In this document: positions 1 to 9,786 of the stretch, piece by piece
Layout: every line of letters begins with the position of its first letter
How positions within the stretch are numbered: the stretch's first letter is position 1
Assembly: GCA_039648975.1 (NCBI GenBank)
Contig: JBBWZK010000201.1
Coordinates: forward strand, 1-59,560
Length of the DNA stretch: 59,560 nucleotides
Direction: 5' to 3'
From: Blastocatellia bacterium
GTDB taxonomy: Bacteria; Acidobacteriota; Blastocatellia; UBA7656
The notes under the pieces: generated by a model
What the model saw: only the letters and a program-made list of their open reading frames with translations
Told to the model about the DNA's origin: nothing
The model's database searches: none
Made by a program: the position numbers and the translations under genes

Positions 1-30
1 GACGAATCCCGGAGCGCCGGCGTCGAATGA
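1..30 (+). CDS. Probable 3' end of a gene starting upstream of the window (DESRSAGVE*)
   Basis: Open frame from base 1 to TGA at 28-30, with a terminator about 85 nt downstream; product cannot be determined. Confidence 0.3.
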   Translation, partial: DESRSAGVE

Positions 31-115
31 ACTGACGGTGACAGAGAAGTGTCAGTAGACAAAAGCCGTGAGTGAGACTGGCGGTGCAAGCCGGCGGTCT
101 GACTTAGGGAACTCG

Positions 116-149
116 AAGGAGGGTCACAACGTGACCCTCCTTTTTCTTT
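116..149 (+). terminator. Intrinsic terminator
   Basis: Perfect 12-bp stem AAGGAGGGTCAC/GTGACCCTCCTT, 3-nt loop, followed by a T-rich tail. Confidence 0.85.
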
Positions 150-231
150 GCGCCTTATGCCGGTCGAGATAACGCGGCTTTTGTAAGCGATATAACATAT
201 CGTGTGCCTGCTATCGCCTTTGTCATCAAGC

Positions 232-260
232 TTGACAGAACGAGCGCAGGCATATAGTTT
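232..260 (+). promoter_or_regulatory. Probable sigma70 promoter of ffh
   Basis: TTGACA (232-237), then TAGTTT at 17 nt spacing (or TATAGT at 15 nt), about 30 nt before the ATG. Confidence 0.55.
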
Positions 261-292
261 ATTAGTTTCCGTCTTTAGGCTGGCAGTAGACT

Positions 293-1729
293 ATGTTCGA
301 GGCGCTTTCAGAAAAACTCAGAAAAGTCCTCAAAGACCTGCGGGGTCAGGGGCGACTAACGGAAGCTCACATCGAAGCGGCGATGCGCGAGATCCGCATT
401 GCGCTGCTCGAAGCCGATGTCAACTTCAAGGTCGTCAAGACCTTTATTGACCGCGTCAAAGAGAAGGCCCTGGGGCAAGAAGTCATGGGGTCGCTGTCGC
501 CCGCGCAGCAGGTCGTCAAAGTCGTTTACGATGAGATGGTCGAAATGCTTGGCGGCACGTCGACGCAACTGCTGTTTACCAAGCGCACGCCGAATGTGAT
601 CATGATCGTCGGCCTGCAAGGCTCCGGTAAGACGACGACGACCGGCAAGATCGCCAAGTTTCTTGCCGAAAAACAGAATCGCCGTCCCCTCCTGCTTTCC
701 GTTGACGTTTACCGGCCTGCTGCCCGCCAGCAACTTTCGATCATTGGCCAGGCCATCAGCCAGCCGGTTCTCGATGCACCCGATGCGAACGAGCCGCTTG
801 AATTGGTCCGCCGCGCCTTGCGCGAATGCCAACTCACAGGCTACGACACGCTGCTGATTGACACGGCGGGCCGCCTGCATATCGATGAAGAGTTGATGGT
901 CGAGCTGCAACAGATCAAGCAGGAAGCGTCACCCATTGAAATTCTTTTCGTTGCCGACGCCATGACCGGCCAGGATGCGGTGCGCTCGGCGCAGCAGTTT
1001 CACGACCAGATCGGACTAACGGGGGTCGTCCTGACGAAGATGGATGGCGATACGCGCGGCGGCGCGGCGCTGTCGATCAAAGAGGTGACGGGCCAGCCCA
1101 TCAAGTTTGTCGGCGTCGGCGAAAAGTACGATGCCATCGAGCAGTTCTATCCCGACCGTATCGCGCAACGCATTCTCGGTATGGGCGACGTCTTGTCGCT
1201 CATCGAAAAAGTTCAAGCCGAAGTCGACGAAGAGAAGGCGCTTGAACTGCAAGATAAGCTGGCGCGCGACAAGTTCTCGCTCGAAGATTTCCGCGATCAG
1301 CTTCGCCAGATGAAGCGCCTCGGCTCGCTCGATAAATTACTGGATATGCTGCCGGCAGGACTGCTCGGCGGTATGCGCATGACGCCTGAGCAGACGGCGG
1401 AGATGGAAGGCAAGCTCAAGCTCACGGAAGCGATCATCAATTCGATGACGCCCGAAGAACGACGCCATCACGACATCTTGAACGCCTCGCGGCGCAAGCG
1501 CATCGCTCGCGGCAGCGGCACCAGTGTTCAGGAAGTCAACCAGATGATTAACGAGTATATGGAGATGCGCAAGATGATGCGCATGATGACTTCGGGCGGC
1601 ATGGGCGGCATGATGGGCGGGCTTGGCGGCAAGCTCGCAGGTGGGCTGATGGGCGGCGGCTTGCCAGGTTTCGGGGCCGGCAATCGGCGCAAAGCGACCA
1701 AGCGCCGGAAGAAGAAAAAGAAACGCTAA
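293..1729 (+). CDS. ffh: Signal recognition particle protein Ffh
   Basis: ALLEADV, GLQGSGKTT, DTAGR and TKMDG motifs; Met-rich M domain; canonical neighbour rpsP. Confidence 0.98.
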   Translation: MFEALSEKLRKVLKDLRGQGRLTEAHIEAAMREIRIALLEADVNFKVVKTFIDRVKEKALGQEVMGSLSPAQQVVKVVYDEMVEMLGGTSTQLLFTKRTPNVIMIVGLQGSGKTTTTGKIAKFLAEKQNRRPLLLSVDVYRPAARQQLSIIGQAISQPVLDAPDANEPLELVRRALRECQLTGYDTLLIDTAGRLHIDEELMVELQQIKQEASPIEILFVADAMTGQDAVRSAQQFHDQIGLTGVVLTKMDGDTRGGAALSIKEVTGQPIKFVGVGEKYDAIEQFYPDRIAQRILGMGDVLSLIEKVQAEVDEEKALELQDKLARDKFSLEDFRDQLRQMKRLGSLDKLLDMLPAGLLGGMRMTPEQTAEMEGKLKLTEAIINSMTPEERRHHDILNASRRKRIARGSGTSVQEVNQMINEYMEMRKMMRMMTSGGMGGMMGGLGGKLAGGLMGGGLPGFGAGNRRKATKRRKKKKKR

Positions 1730-1743
1730 TGGTGATTTTTAGG

Positions 1744-1907
1744 TATAATGGGCCAGCAAGCCGGGCGCTTTAATACCTTAAACTTCATTCGCATGGATTG
1801 GTTCAACAAGCGGTTTATCCTGGTGGTTTCATCCGCAGGGAATCGAGATCAAACGGCGAACGAATCTCTATAGAGCCGTTTGATGTTAGTCAGTATGGAG
1901 GTGCATT
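1744..1907 (+). promoter_or_regulatory. -10 box and structured leader upstream of rpsP
   Basis: TATAAT at 1744-1749; perfect 10-bp stem 1848-1857/1875-1884; GGAGG before the TTG start. Confidence 0.45.
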
Positions 1908-2171
1908 TTGCTGTCGATCAGATTAACTAGAAAAGGGGCGAAAAAGAAGCCCTTTTATCGCATTGTCGTGACGGAGAAACGGTCAAAACGCGATGGCCGC
2001 TACATCGAGTCAGTGGGGTATCACGATCCACGCAATCCAACGGGTTTCAAGCTCGATCAGGAACGGGTGACTTACTGGATAGAACGCGGAGCGCAGCCGA
2101 CCGAAACGGTGCGCAGCCTCATCAAGCGCGCAGGCAAAGCCGCGAGCGCCGAACCGAGCGTCGAAGCCTAG
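1908..2171 (+). CDS. rpsP: 30S ribosomal protein S16
   Basis: IRLTRKGAKKKPFYRIVV...RDGRYIE; GAQPTETV. Confidence 0.98.
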   Translation: MLSIRLTRKGAKKKPFYRIVVTEKRSKRDGRYIESVGYHDPRNPTGFKLDQERVTYWIERGAQPTETVRSLIKRAGKAASAEPSVEA

Positions 2172-2268
2172 CCGAGCGCCAGAGATTGCCGTCGGGTGCC
2201 TGAAGGAATTCGTCTTGGCCGCGCCGCGCGTCCTTCCTTCTCATCACAAGCTCCGAAGGAGGTGACGT

Positions 2269-2514
2269 ATGAACGACGGTTCATTGAAGGAGGTCATCGA
2301 GACGATTGCGAAAGCCCTCGTCGACTCTCCTGATGAGGTGACGGTACGCGAAATCGATGGCGAAATGACGACCGTGCTCGAACTGAAAGTCGCGCCCGGC
2401 GATCTCGGCAAAGTGATTGGCAAACAGGGACGCACGGCGCGCGCCATGCGGACATTGTTGCGCGCTGCCGGCATGAAGTTGAAGAAGCGATTTGTGCTTG
2501 AGATTCTCGAATAG
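2269..2514 (+). CDS. khpA: KH-domain RNA-binding protein
   Basis: [13 protein letters not shown] GxxG motif; located between rpsP and rimM; AGGAGG RBS. Confidence 0.93.
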   Translation: MNDGSLKEVIETIAKALVDSPDEVTVREIDGEMTTVLELKVAPGDLGKVIGKQGRTARAMRTLLRAAGMKLKKRFVLEILE

Positions 2515-2517
2515 AGA

Positions 2518-3057
2518 ATGGAAGAAGGTCGAAAGCCATCTCCGATTGAAGATGTCGTAATCGCCCGCATCGTCAAAGTGCGCGGCATACGCGGCGAAGT
2601 CGCAGGCAACATAGAGACAGACTTTCCCGAACGCTTCGAGCAGTTGGAGCGCGTCACGGTGTGGATGCCGAACGATGTGCGCCTGTCGCTGACGCTGGAA
2701 GATCACTGGTTCCACAAGGGCCGCGTGATATTGAAATTCGCCGGCTATGACACGATGACCGCCGCCGAGCAGCTTGTCGGCGGTCGCCTGATGATTTCAG
2801 AAGCCGAGGCGTTTGAACTCGAAGAAGACGAGTTCTACGAATACGATTTAATCGGCGCAGCGGTGGTCACGGCTGAAGGACAGCCGGTCGGCAGCGTCGT
2901 GCGCTTGCTGCGAACCAGCGGCGCGGATTTGCTGGTGGTTGAAAGCGACGACAAACGCGAATTGCTGATTCCGTTCGTCGACGAGATTTGCACGGCGGTT
3001 GATCGTGATGCCCGGCGTATCACGATCAACCCGCCGGCAGGGTTACTTGAATTGTAG
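2518..3057 (+). CDS. rimM: 16S rRNA processing protein RimM
   Basis: [15 protein letters not shown] and LLIPFV motifs; synteny. Confidence 0.96.
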   Translation: MEEGRKPSPIEDVVIARIVKVRGIRGEVAGNIETDFPERFEQLERVTVWMPNDVRLSLTLEDHWFHKGRVILKFAGYDTMTAAEQLVGGRLMISEAEAFELEEDEFYEYDLIGAAVVTAEGQPVGSVVRLLRTSGADLLVVESDDKRELLIPFVDEICTAVDRDARRITINPPAGLLEL

Positions 3058-3066
3058 AGCCGAACC

Positions 3067-3173
3067 GATTTTGGATTTTAGATTTGGATTTTGGATTGAT
3101 CGAACACGCGCGGCTCATTGCGTCGTCAGTCCAGCTTCTGTAATCCAAAATCCAAAATCTAAAACCCAAAATC
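3067..3173. repeat. Inverted pair of heptamer tandem arrays (GATTTTG / CAAAATC)
   Basis: About 4 units at 3067-3097 and about 4 reverse-complement units at 3142-3173, between rimM and trmD. Confidence 0.85.
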
Positions 3174-3178
3174 GAGCG

Positions 3179-3919
3179 ATGCGGTTCGACATTATCACGA
3201 TTTTCCCGGAGATATTCCGCGGGGTCTTTGAATTTGGAATCATTCGCCGCGCGGTCGAGGCCGGTCTGATCGAGATCAACCTGCACGACTTGCGCGACTA
3301 CACGTTTGATCGCCACAGGCAGGTGGATGATCGCCCGTTCGGCGGCGGCGCGGGGATGGTGATGAAACCGGAGCCGCTGTTTCGCGCCCTCGAAGCCATC
3401 ACGCATCATGCCACGGATGCGACAATCGTGATGCTATCGCCGCAGGGCCGGCTATTGACGCAGCGCGTCGCCGAAGAACTGGCGCGTCGTGAGCGCGTCG
3501 TGTTGATCTGCGGGCGCTATGAAGGCGTCGATGAGCGCGTCGTCGAACAATTCGCCAATGACGAAATCTCCATCGGCGATGTGGTGCTGTCGGGCGGCGA
3601 GATTCCGGCGATGGTGTTGGTGGACGCAGTGACGCGATTGATTCCCGGCGCGCTCGGATCGAGTGAATCCGCCGAGCGCGATTCATTTGCCGACGGCTTG
3701 CTCGATTATCCGCACTACACGCGGCCTGTCGAATATCGCGGCTTGAAGGTGCCGGATGTGCTGGTGAGCGGCCACCACGGCGAAATTGAAAAATGGCGGC
3801 GACGCCAGGCGATGCAAAAGACGCTCAGCCGCCGGCCCGATTTGCTCGAACGCCGCACCCTCAGCGAAGAGGAGCGTCGCTTGATTGCAGAGATTTTACG
3901 AGAGATGGACAGGCAGTGA
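3179..3919 (+). CDS. trmD: tRNA (guanine-N1)-methyltransferase
   Basis: [11 protein letters not shown] start; [23 protein letters not shown] and [11 protein letters not shown] motifs. Confidence 0.97.
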   Translation: MRFDIITIFPEIFRGVFEFGIIRRAVEAGLIEINLHDLRDYTFDRHRQVDDRPFGGGAGMVMKPEPLFRALEAITHHATDATIVMLSPQGRLLTQRVAEELARRERVVLICGRYEGVDERVVEQFANDEISIGDVVLSGGEIPAMVLVDAVTRLIPGALGSSESAERDSFADGLLDYPHYTRPVEYRGLKVPDVLVSGHHGEIEKWRRRQAMQKTLSRRPDLLERRTLSEEERRLIAEILREMDRQ

Positions 3920-3992
3920 GGTTGCGGCGACTGGCTGAGATTTTTGAGCCGCAGCCTGAACTCCAAAGATTAAGCAGCGAGAGGTAAGTATC

Positions 3993-4445
3993 ATGAATCT
4001 AGTAGTGCAAGCGGTCGAAGATCGCCAGCTTCGCGATAATATTCCAGCTTTTCAGCCTGGGGATACGGTTCGCGTTCACGTCAAGATCAAAGAAGGCGAC
4101 AAAGAGCGTATACAGGCATTTGAAGGCGTCGTCATCGCGCGCAAGCATTCGGGCGTGCGCGAGACGATCACCGTGCGCAAGACCAGCTTCGGCGTCGGCG
4201 TCGAGCGCATCTTCCCACTTCATGCGACCGTGATTGATCGCATTGATGTGGTGCGTCGTGGGCGCGTGCGTCGCGCCAAGCTTTACTACCTGCGCAAACT
4301 GCGCGGCAAAGCGGCGCGCATTCGCGAGCGCGATACGCGCGGCGAGCGTGCCGCCGTAGTGGCAGCGGCAGCGCAATCGCGTGCCAAGAGCGCTCCCGCC
4401 GAACCGGTTCAACCGACGGCTGAAGTCGAGCCGCCGACGGAATAG
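3993..4445 (+). CDS. rplS: 50S ribosomal protein L19
   Basis: GDTVRVH, FEGVVI, GVERIFP and [10 protein letters not shown] motifs. Confidence 0.98.
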   Translation: MNLVVQAVEDRQLRDNIPAFQPGDTVRVHVKIKEGDKERIQAFEGVVIARKHSGVRETITVRKTSFGVGVERIFPLHATVIDRIDVVRRGRVRRAKLYYLRKLRGKAARIRERDTRGERAAVVAAAAQSRAKSAPAEPVQPTAEVEPPTE

Positions 4446-4556
4446 CCTTAATCCGGGTCTCCTTGGAAAACCTGGTTTTGCAAGCGGGCGCATTTGCCGC
4501 AATGGGCTCGTTTGTAACTTTCATTTCTTTAATGAGAGACCGGCAAGGAGCAAGGC

Positions 4557-4655
4557 GTGACGATCATTTCATTATTGATCTGGTTGTACGGGGCGGCGCT
4601 CTTCGTGCTGGTTGGCGCGTTCTATTGGCATGCGGCGCGGGATTACCGCGCTTGA
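4557..4655 (+). CDS. Small 32-aa single-TM protein (MTIISLLIWLYGAALFVLVGAFYWHAARDYRA)
   Basis: AAGGAG RBS 6 nt before GTG; about 22 hydrophobic residues; below the ORF-track size cutoff. Confidence 0.55.
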   Translation: MTIISLLIWLYGAALFVLVGAFYWHAARDYRA

Positions 4656-4752
4656 GGCAGCCGGCGAGCCGCGACATTGATGGCAGAGTAGAGTAGCGCA
4701 GGCTTTGTGGCTTGCGCTACTTTCGTTTGCGCGGGGTTGTTGAGGCAAACTA

Positions 4753-5064
4753 ATGAAGAGCCGCAGAGAGATGCTCGAAGAATTTCTTGCCGCTGATCCG
4801 GCAGACGTTTTCTCGCGCTATGCACTGGCGCTTGAACTGGAGAAAGCGCAGCGCCCGGCGGAAGCCATCGCCGCGTTGCGCGAAGTCATCGGGCGCGATG
4901 CCGGCTACGTCGCGGCCTATTATCATCTTGGCCGGATGCTGGCGCGGGCAGGAGAAACGGCGGAGGCCCGCGAGGTTTACCGCGCGGGCCTTGATCTGGC
5001 AGCGAAAGCCGGTGATCGCCGCACACGCAGCGAAATTCAGGAAGCCATAGAGTCGCTGGATTAA
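4753..5064 (+). CDS. Small TPR-repeat protein
   Basis: DPADVFSRYALALE...YVAAYYHLG TPR pattern. Confidence 0.85.
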   Translation: MKSRREMLEEFLAADPADVFSRYALALELEKAQRPAEAIAALREVIGRDAGYVAAYYHLGRMLARAGETAEAREVYRAGLDLAAKAGDRRTRSEIQEAIESLD

Positions 5065-5086
5065 AGTCTAACCGCTGGCCTGTGGA

Positions 5087-5326
5087 TTACTGCTGCGATT
5101 CCTGTTCGCTTAATTCGTTTTCGCCTTCTTCTTTAAGTTTTCGGCCCTCGCGCTCAAGCTCTGTATTTTGCATGCCCTGTCCGGCGCGCTCTTTGGCATT
5201 GCCTTCCAGGCGTTTCATCTCAGCCTGTACGCGGTCTTCAATCTGATCTACGGCTGCCGTATCATTTGCCGTATCGTTTGCCGTATTCGGGTTGCTCGTT
5301 TGGGTCTTGTCTCGATCTGTATTCAT
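5087..5326 (-). CDS. Small hydrophilic CsbD-like stress protein
   Basis: EGNAKERAGQGMQNTELEREG resembles the CsbD motif. Confidence 0.6.
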   Translation of the reverse strand: MNTDRDKTQTSNPNTANDTANDTAAVDQIEDRVQAEMKRLEGNAKERAGQGMQNTELEREGRKLKEEGENELSEQESQQ

Positions 5327-5487
5327 CCCATATCCTTGTTCGCCAGGTCTTGCAAGCTGTCCACGATTCATGGTCTCATTGCCTGCACCGCGCGGTCAAA
5401 CCGACACGATGCGGGCAGCCGGGATGTGATAAACTGACGCGGCGTTTTTCAGTGGATAGATGATTCCATGTTGGAGAGAACGCTCAT

Positions 5488-7488
5488 ATGAGAAAACTCG
5501 TGCCTCTTACTCTGCTCGTTCTGTTGCTTGCCTCACTCGCTTTGGCGCAATCCAGTAAAACACCGACCATCGAGCAGTCGCTCGGCATGAAGAGCGTCGG
5601 CAGCCCGCGCATCTCGCCGGACGGACGACTGGTGGCCTATCAGGTGCAGGAGGCTAACTGGGAAGAGAACGCCTTCGAGAATGAGATATGGATTACAATC
5701 ATCGCCACAGGCGAGCGTTATCAACTGACGAACGCGAAAAAGTCGAGCACGAATCCGCAGTGGCCGTGGGATTCCAAGCGCCTCGCCTTCGTCTCTGATC
5801 GCGACGGCAAACGGCAGCTTTACGTAATTGCGCCGACCGGCGGCGAGGCCGTGCAGTTGACCAGTCTGGAGACCGGCATCAACGCCTTTGCATGGTCGCC
5901 CGATGGCCGTCACATCGCTTTCACTGCCGCCGAACCGGAAAGCAAAGCGCGCAAGGATCGCAAAGAAAAATACGGCGAGTTTGAAATCGTCAGAGGCGAT
6001 TATGTGATGACCCACCTGTGGATGATCGACGTCGCTGACGATAGCCTTGCCAAGAAGCCGGAGCCCGCGCGGCTCACCGAAGGCACGGCCTTCAGCGTCG
6101 GCGGATTCAACTGGTCACCGGATTCAACGCGCATCGCTTTTAGCGCAACGAAAAACCCCGAACTCAGTTCTTCCGACACCAGCGACATCTATGTGCTGGC
6201 CGTGGGCGACCGGAGCCTGAAGAAAATCGTTGAGACGCGCGGGCCGGACACGAATCCCGTCTGGTCGCCCGATGGCGGGCAGATCGCTTTTGAAACGGCG
6301 GATGCGCACGATTTTCCTTATTTTGAAAATAGCCGCATTGCGATGGTCGCAAGCGCAGGCGGCCCGCCGCAGGTGTTGACCGCGAGCTTTGACGAAGACC
6401 CGATGTTGATTGCCTGGTCGCCCGGCGGCATCTATTTCACAAGCCAACAGAAAACTTCGTCGCACCTGTTTCGCTTGAATCCAACAACGAAAGCGATTGA
6501 ACCGTTGAGCCATCCGGCGAGCTTTGCCTCGTCGCAGTATTCGTTCACGCGCGATTACCAGCAAGCCGCCTTCGTTGCCGCCGGGCCGAATGAATATGCG
6601 GAAGTGTACGTTTCGCCACTTTCGGGATTCGCGCCGCGAAAGCTCACAGCGATAGGCGAGCAGTTCAAAGATTTCCAGTTGGCGAAGCGCGAAGTGATTC
6701 AATGGAAATCGACCGACGGCACAGCTATCGAGGGCGTGCTCATCAAGCCTGCGGACTTCGATGCGACGAAGAAGTATCCGCTGCTGGTCGTCATTCATGG
6801 CGGCCCGACCGGCGTGGATATGCCTTTGCTGCGCGCCGACCGCACCTATCCGCTTGAGATGTTCGCCGCCAAAGGCGCGGTGATTCTGCGTCCCAACTAC
6901 AGAGGCTCCGCCGGCTACGGCGAAAAGTTCCGCTCATTGAATGTGCGTAATCTCGGCGTCGGCGATTACTGGGACGTGATTTCGGGCGTCGATCATTTGA
7001 TCGCGCAGGGCTTCGTTGATCGAGATCGCGTCGGCGCGATGGGCTGGAGCCAGGGCGGCTATATCTCTGCGTTCATTACGGCGAGCAGTGATCGCTTCAA
7101 AGCGGTGTCGGTAGGCGCAGGCATTTCCGACTGGGTGACTTATTATGTCAACACAGACATCACGCCGTTCACGCGGCAGTATTTGAAGGCGACGCCGTGG
7201 GACGACGCGGAAGTTTATCGTAAGACTTCGCCTATCTCTTACATCAAGAACGCGCGCACGCCGACGTTGATTCAACACGGCGAACTCGATAAACGTGTGC
7301 CCATCCCGAATGCTTATGAATTGCGACAGGCGCTTGAAGACCGGGGCGTGCCGGTGAAGATGATCGTCTATAAAGGCTTCGGTCATGGCATCGATAAGCC
7401 CAAGCAACAGCGCGCCGTGATGGAGCACAACTACGAATGGTTCAGCCAGTGGATTTGGGGCGAGAAACCGGCGCAGGAAGGCCGATGA
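5488..7488 (+). CDS. Secreted S9-family peptidase (TolB-like propeller plus prolyl-oligopeptidase catalytic domain)
   Basis: Signal peptide; WSPDG repeats; HGGP, GWSQGG nucleophile, D(KRVP) and GHG. Confidence 0.93.
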   Translation: MRKLVPLTLLVLLLASLALAQSSKTPTIEQSLGMKSVGSPRISPDGRLVAYQVQEANWEENAFENEIWITIIATGERYQLTNAKKSSTNPQWPWDSKRLAFVSDRDGKRQLYVIAPTGGEAVQLTSLETGINAFAWSPDGRHIAFTAAEPESKARKDRKEKYGEFEIVRGDYVMTHLWMIDVADDSLAKKPEPARLTEGTAFSVGGFNWSPDSTRIAFSATKNPELSSSDTSDIYVLAVGDRSLKKIVETRGPDTNPVWSPDGGQIAFETADAHDFPYFENSRIAMVASAGGPPQVLTASFDEDPMLIAWSPGGIYFTSQQKTSSHLFRLNPTTKAIEPLSHPASFASSQYSFTRDYQQAAFVAAGPNEYAEVYVSPLSGFAPRKLTAIGEQFKDFQLAKREVIQWKSTDGTAIEGVLIKPADFDATKKYPLLVVIHGGPTGVDMPLLRADRTYPLEMFAAKGAVILRPNYRGSAGYGEKFRSLNVRNLGVGDYWDVISGVDHLIAQGFVDRDRVGAMGWSQGGYISAFITASSDRFKAVSVGAGISDWVTYYVNTDITPFTRQYLKATPWDDAEVYRKTSPISYIKNARTPTLIQHGELDKRVPIPNAYELRQALEDRGVPVKMIVYKGFGHGIDKPKQQRAVMEHNYEWFSQWIWGEKPAQEGR

Positions 7489-7635
7489 GCCGAACAGAAG
7501 TTCATACACTGTGATTGTTGTCACAAAGCAGTTGCACTGTCTTACCGCCTCTTCGACAGCCGTCGCTCCCGGCTCACGTCCTTTGAGATAGGCGATCAAG
7601 GGGCTGGTGTCTATGCAGAGGTTTGTGATTCCCAT
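7489..7635 (-). pseudogene. Truncated PIN/VapC toxin (N-terminal ~49 aa only)
   Basis: MGITNLCIDTSPLIAYLKG...TTITVYELLFG is a PIN N-terminus; the frame then runs into the antisense strand of the peptidase gene. Confidence 0.75.
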
Positions 7636-7865
7636 TCTTTCCAAGATTGATTGAGTTGTTCAATTGCTCGGTCGAAGTCCTCATCTTCTGCCAGTGCGCC
7701 GCGCAGGCTGAGAAACTTGTCGAGGCGCGTGAGCCGTAGCCGCTCGCCTTCGACGATGGCCTTAACCTCGTCGCCTTCGCGCAGTTGCAGTAACGCCATC
7801 AACTGGGCGGGAATCGCTATCTTGTCTTCATCTGAACTTATGATTATCTTTGTCATCGAATCCAC
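7611..7865 (-). CDS. AbrB/MazE/SpoVT-family antitoxin
   Basis: KIAIPAQLMALLQLREGDEV swapped-hairpin motif; overlaps the PIN start. Confidence 0.8.
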   Translation of the reverse strand: MDSMTKIIISSDEDKIAIPAQLMALLQLREGDEVKAIVEGERLRLTRLDKFLSLRGALAEDEDFDRAIEQLNQSWKEWESQTSA

Positions 7866-7898
7866 CCCCGTGCTGGCTGAGATTATAACACAAGAATT

Positions 7899-8594
7899 TT
7901 ACTGCCCGGCATAAACCAGCGGGTCGCGCGCGCCGGCTTCCATAAAGCCCTTTTGTCTGAGCAGACAGCTATCGCATTTGCCGCACGCCAATCCTTCCGG
8001 CGTCGGGTCGTAGCAACTGTGGGTCAGCGAATAGTCGACGCCAAGCGCAAGCCCTTTGCGGATGATCTCGGCTTTCGACATGGCAATCAGCGGCGTGTGA
8101 ATCTTGAGTTGCGTGTGGCCTTCGACGCCTGCTTTAGTGGCGAGATTGGCCAGACGCTCGAAGGCTTCAATATATTCAGGACGACAATCGGGATAGCCGG
8201 AATAATCAAGCGCGTTGACGCCGATGAAGAGGTCTGCCGCGCCAAGCACTTCGGCCCATCCGAGGGCGAACGACAGAAAGATCGTGTTGCGCGCCGGCAC
8301 ATACGTCACCGGAATCCCCGTAGACATCTCTGCGCTTGAACGCGACTTCGGCACGTCGATTTCATCTGTGAGCGCCGAGCCGCCTATCGCTCGCAGATCA
8401 ATATCGATGATGAGATGGCGCGCGACACTCATCGCCGCTGCCACGCGGCGGGCGCTCTCAAGCTCTACGGAATGGCGCTGCCCATAACGAAACGACATCG
8501 CGTAAACCTGATAGCCTTCGGTCAGGGCGATTGCCAGCACGGTCGTTGAATCCAGCCCGCCGCTCAACAGCACTACTGCGCTTTTCTTTTCCAT
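7899..8594 (-). CDS. queC: 7-cyano-7-deazaguanine synthase
   Basis: SGGLDS, TYVPARN, SGYPDCR and CGKCDSC motifs. Confidence 0.96.
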   Translation of the reverse strand: MEKKSAVVLLSGGLDSTTVLAIALTEGYQVYAMSFRYGQRHSVELESARRVAAAMSVARHLIIDIDLRAIGGSALTDEIDVPKSRSSAEMSTGIPVTYVPARNTIFLSFALGWAEVLGAADLFIGVNALDYSGYPDCRPEYIEAFERLANLATKAGVEGHTQLKIHTPLIAMSKAEIIRKGLALGVDYSLTHSCYDPTPEGLACGKCDSCLLRQKGFMEAGARDPLVYAGQ

Positions 8595-8694
8595 TCGCTT
8601 CGGCTCCTCAAGGTGTTATCGCACAGTGCCTGCCTTGATTCAACCTGACAATTGGCGGTCGTCGTGTTAATCTTCGCGGCTGACGAAGGAGACC

Positions 8695-9786
8695 GTGATG
8701 AGCTATCAAACTTATCAGCACACGCGCAACTACGGCTGTCGCATCACTGAATTCATTCTCGCCGGGCATCGCGCGGTGGCGCTTGAAAACGAAAAGCTGC
8801 GCGTCACATTCATCGCCGATAAAGGCACAGACGTTTACGAATTTCTCTATAAGCCGCGCGATGTCGATTTCATGTGGCGCACATGGGCGGGCTTGCGCGA
8901 CCGCTCGCTTTACTGGCAATCCAGCCCGCGCAGTGCAGGGCCACACACCGATTTTTATGAAGGCGGCTGGCAGGAATTGTTTCCGAATTGTGGCGCGCCT
9001 TCCGAGCATCAGGGCGCGGAAATCGGCCAGCATGGCGAAGTGCTGTTGCTGCCCTGGCGCTACACGATCACCAAAGACGACGTCGAAGAAATCGAAGTGC
9101 GCTTCGATGTCCGCACCGTGCGGACGCCGTTTCATCTGGTCAAGACCGTCAGCCTGCGCCGCAATGAGGGCGTGCTGCGCATACACGAGCGCGTCACCAA
9201 CGAGGGCGGCCAGGACGTAGACTTCACCTGGGGCCACCATCCAGCGTTCGGCTGGCCCTTTCTTGACGAGAGCTGCCGCATTGACCTGCCCGCCTGCCGC
9301 ATTCGCACCATCGAAGATTACACGCCGCCGTCTTCGCGCTTGAAATCAAAACAGCTTCGCGACTGGCCGATGGCTGAAGCTGCCGACGGCGGCCTGATTG
9401 ATCTGTCGCGCATTCCCGGCCCTGACGCGGCGGCCTCCGACATGGTTTTTCTCGAAGGCATCACCGACGGCTGGTATGCAGTAACGAATGCTACAAAGCG
9501 CGTCGGCTTCGCGTTGCGCTATCCGGCGGACGTCTTCAAGGTGCTCTGGTACTGGCAGGTCTATCGCGGCGGGCGCGATTACCCCTGGTGGGGCGCGACT
9601 TATAATATCGCCCTGGAGCCGTGCGCCAGTTACCCGATGCTGATGTACGCGGCGGCGCGCGGCGAAGCGCTATCACTCAAGCCCGGCGAGAGCCGCGAGA
9701 TCGAGTTGCTGGCCATTGCTTACGAAGGATTAGAACGGGTCGGATATGTCAGCGATGACGGTAAGGTGGAAGACAGTAGGCAGTAG
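8695..9786 (+). CDS. Galactose mutarotase-like (aldose 1-epimerase superfamily) protein
   Basis: LENEKLRV, GGWQELFP, HGE, WGHHPAF and ALEP motifs. Confidence 0.8.
   Translation: MMSYQTYQHTRNYGCRITEFILAGHRAVALENEKLRVTFIADKGTDVYEFLYKPRDVDFMWRTWAGLRDRSLYWQSSPRSAGPHTDFYEGGWQELFPNCGAPSEHQGAEIGQHGEVLLLPWRYTITKDDVEEIEVRFDVRTVRTPFHLVKTVSLRRNEGVLRIHERVTNEGGQDVDFTWGHHPAFGWPFLDESCRIDLPACRIRTIEDYTPPSSRLKSKQLRDWPMAEAADGGLIDLSRIPGPDAAASDMVFLEGITDGWYAVTNATKRVGFALRYPADVFKVLWYWQVYRGGRDYPWWGATYNIALEPCASYPMLMYAAARGEALSLKPGESREIELLAIAYEGLERVGYVSDDGKVEDSRQ

Noticed and set aside
2999-3178. N-terminal extension of TrmD in the ORF track
   Set aside because: It is translation of the heptamer arrays; homology starts at ATG 3179
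6934-7644. 236-aa ORF as an intact toxin
   Set aside because: Only the first ~50 aa are PIN-like; the rest is antisense to the peptidase gene
7899-8594. queC as part of a defence or DNA-modification system (Dpd, Qat, CBASS type IV)
   Set aside because: Canonical-length housekeeping-type QueC with no such partner genes nearby
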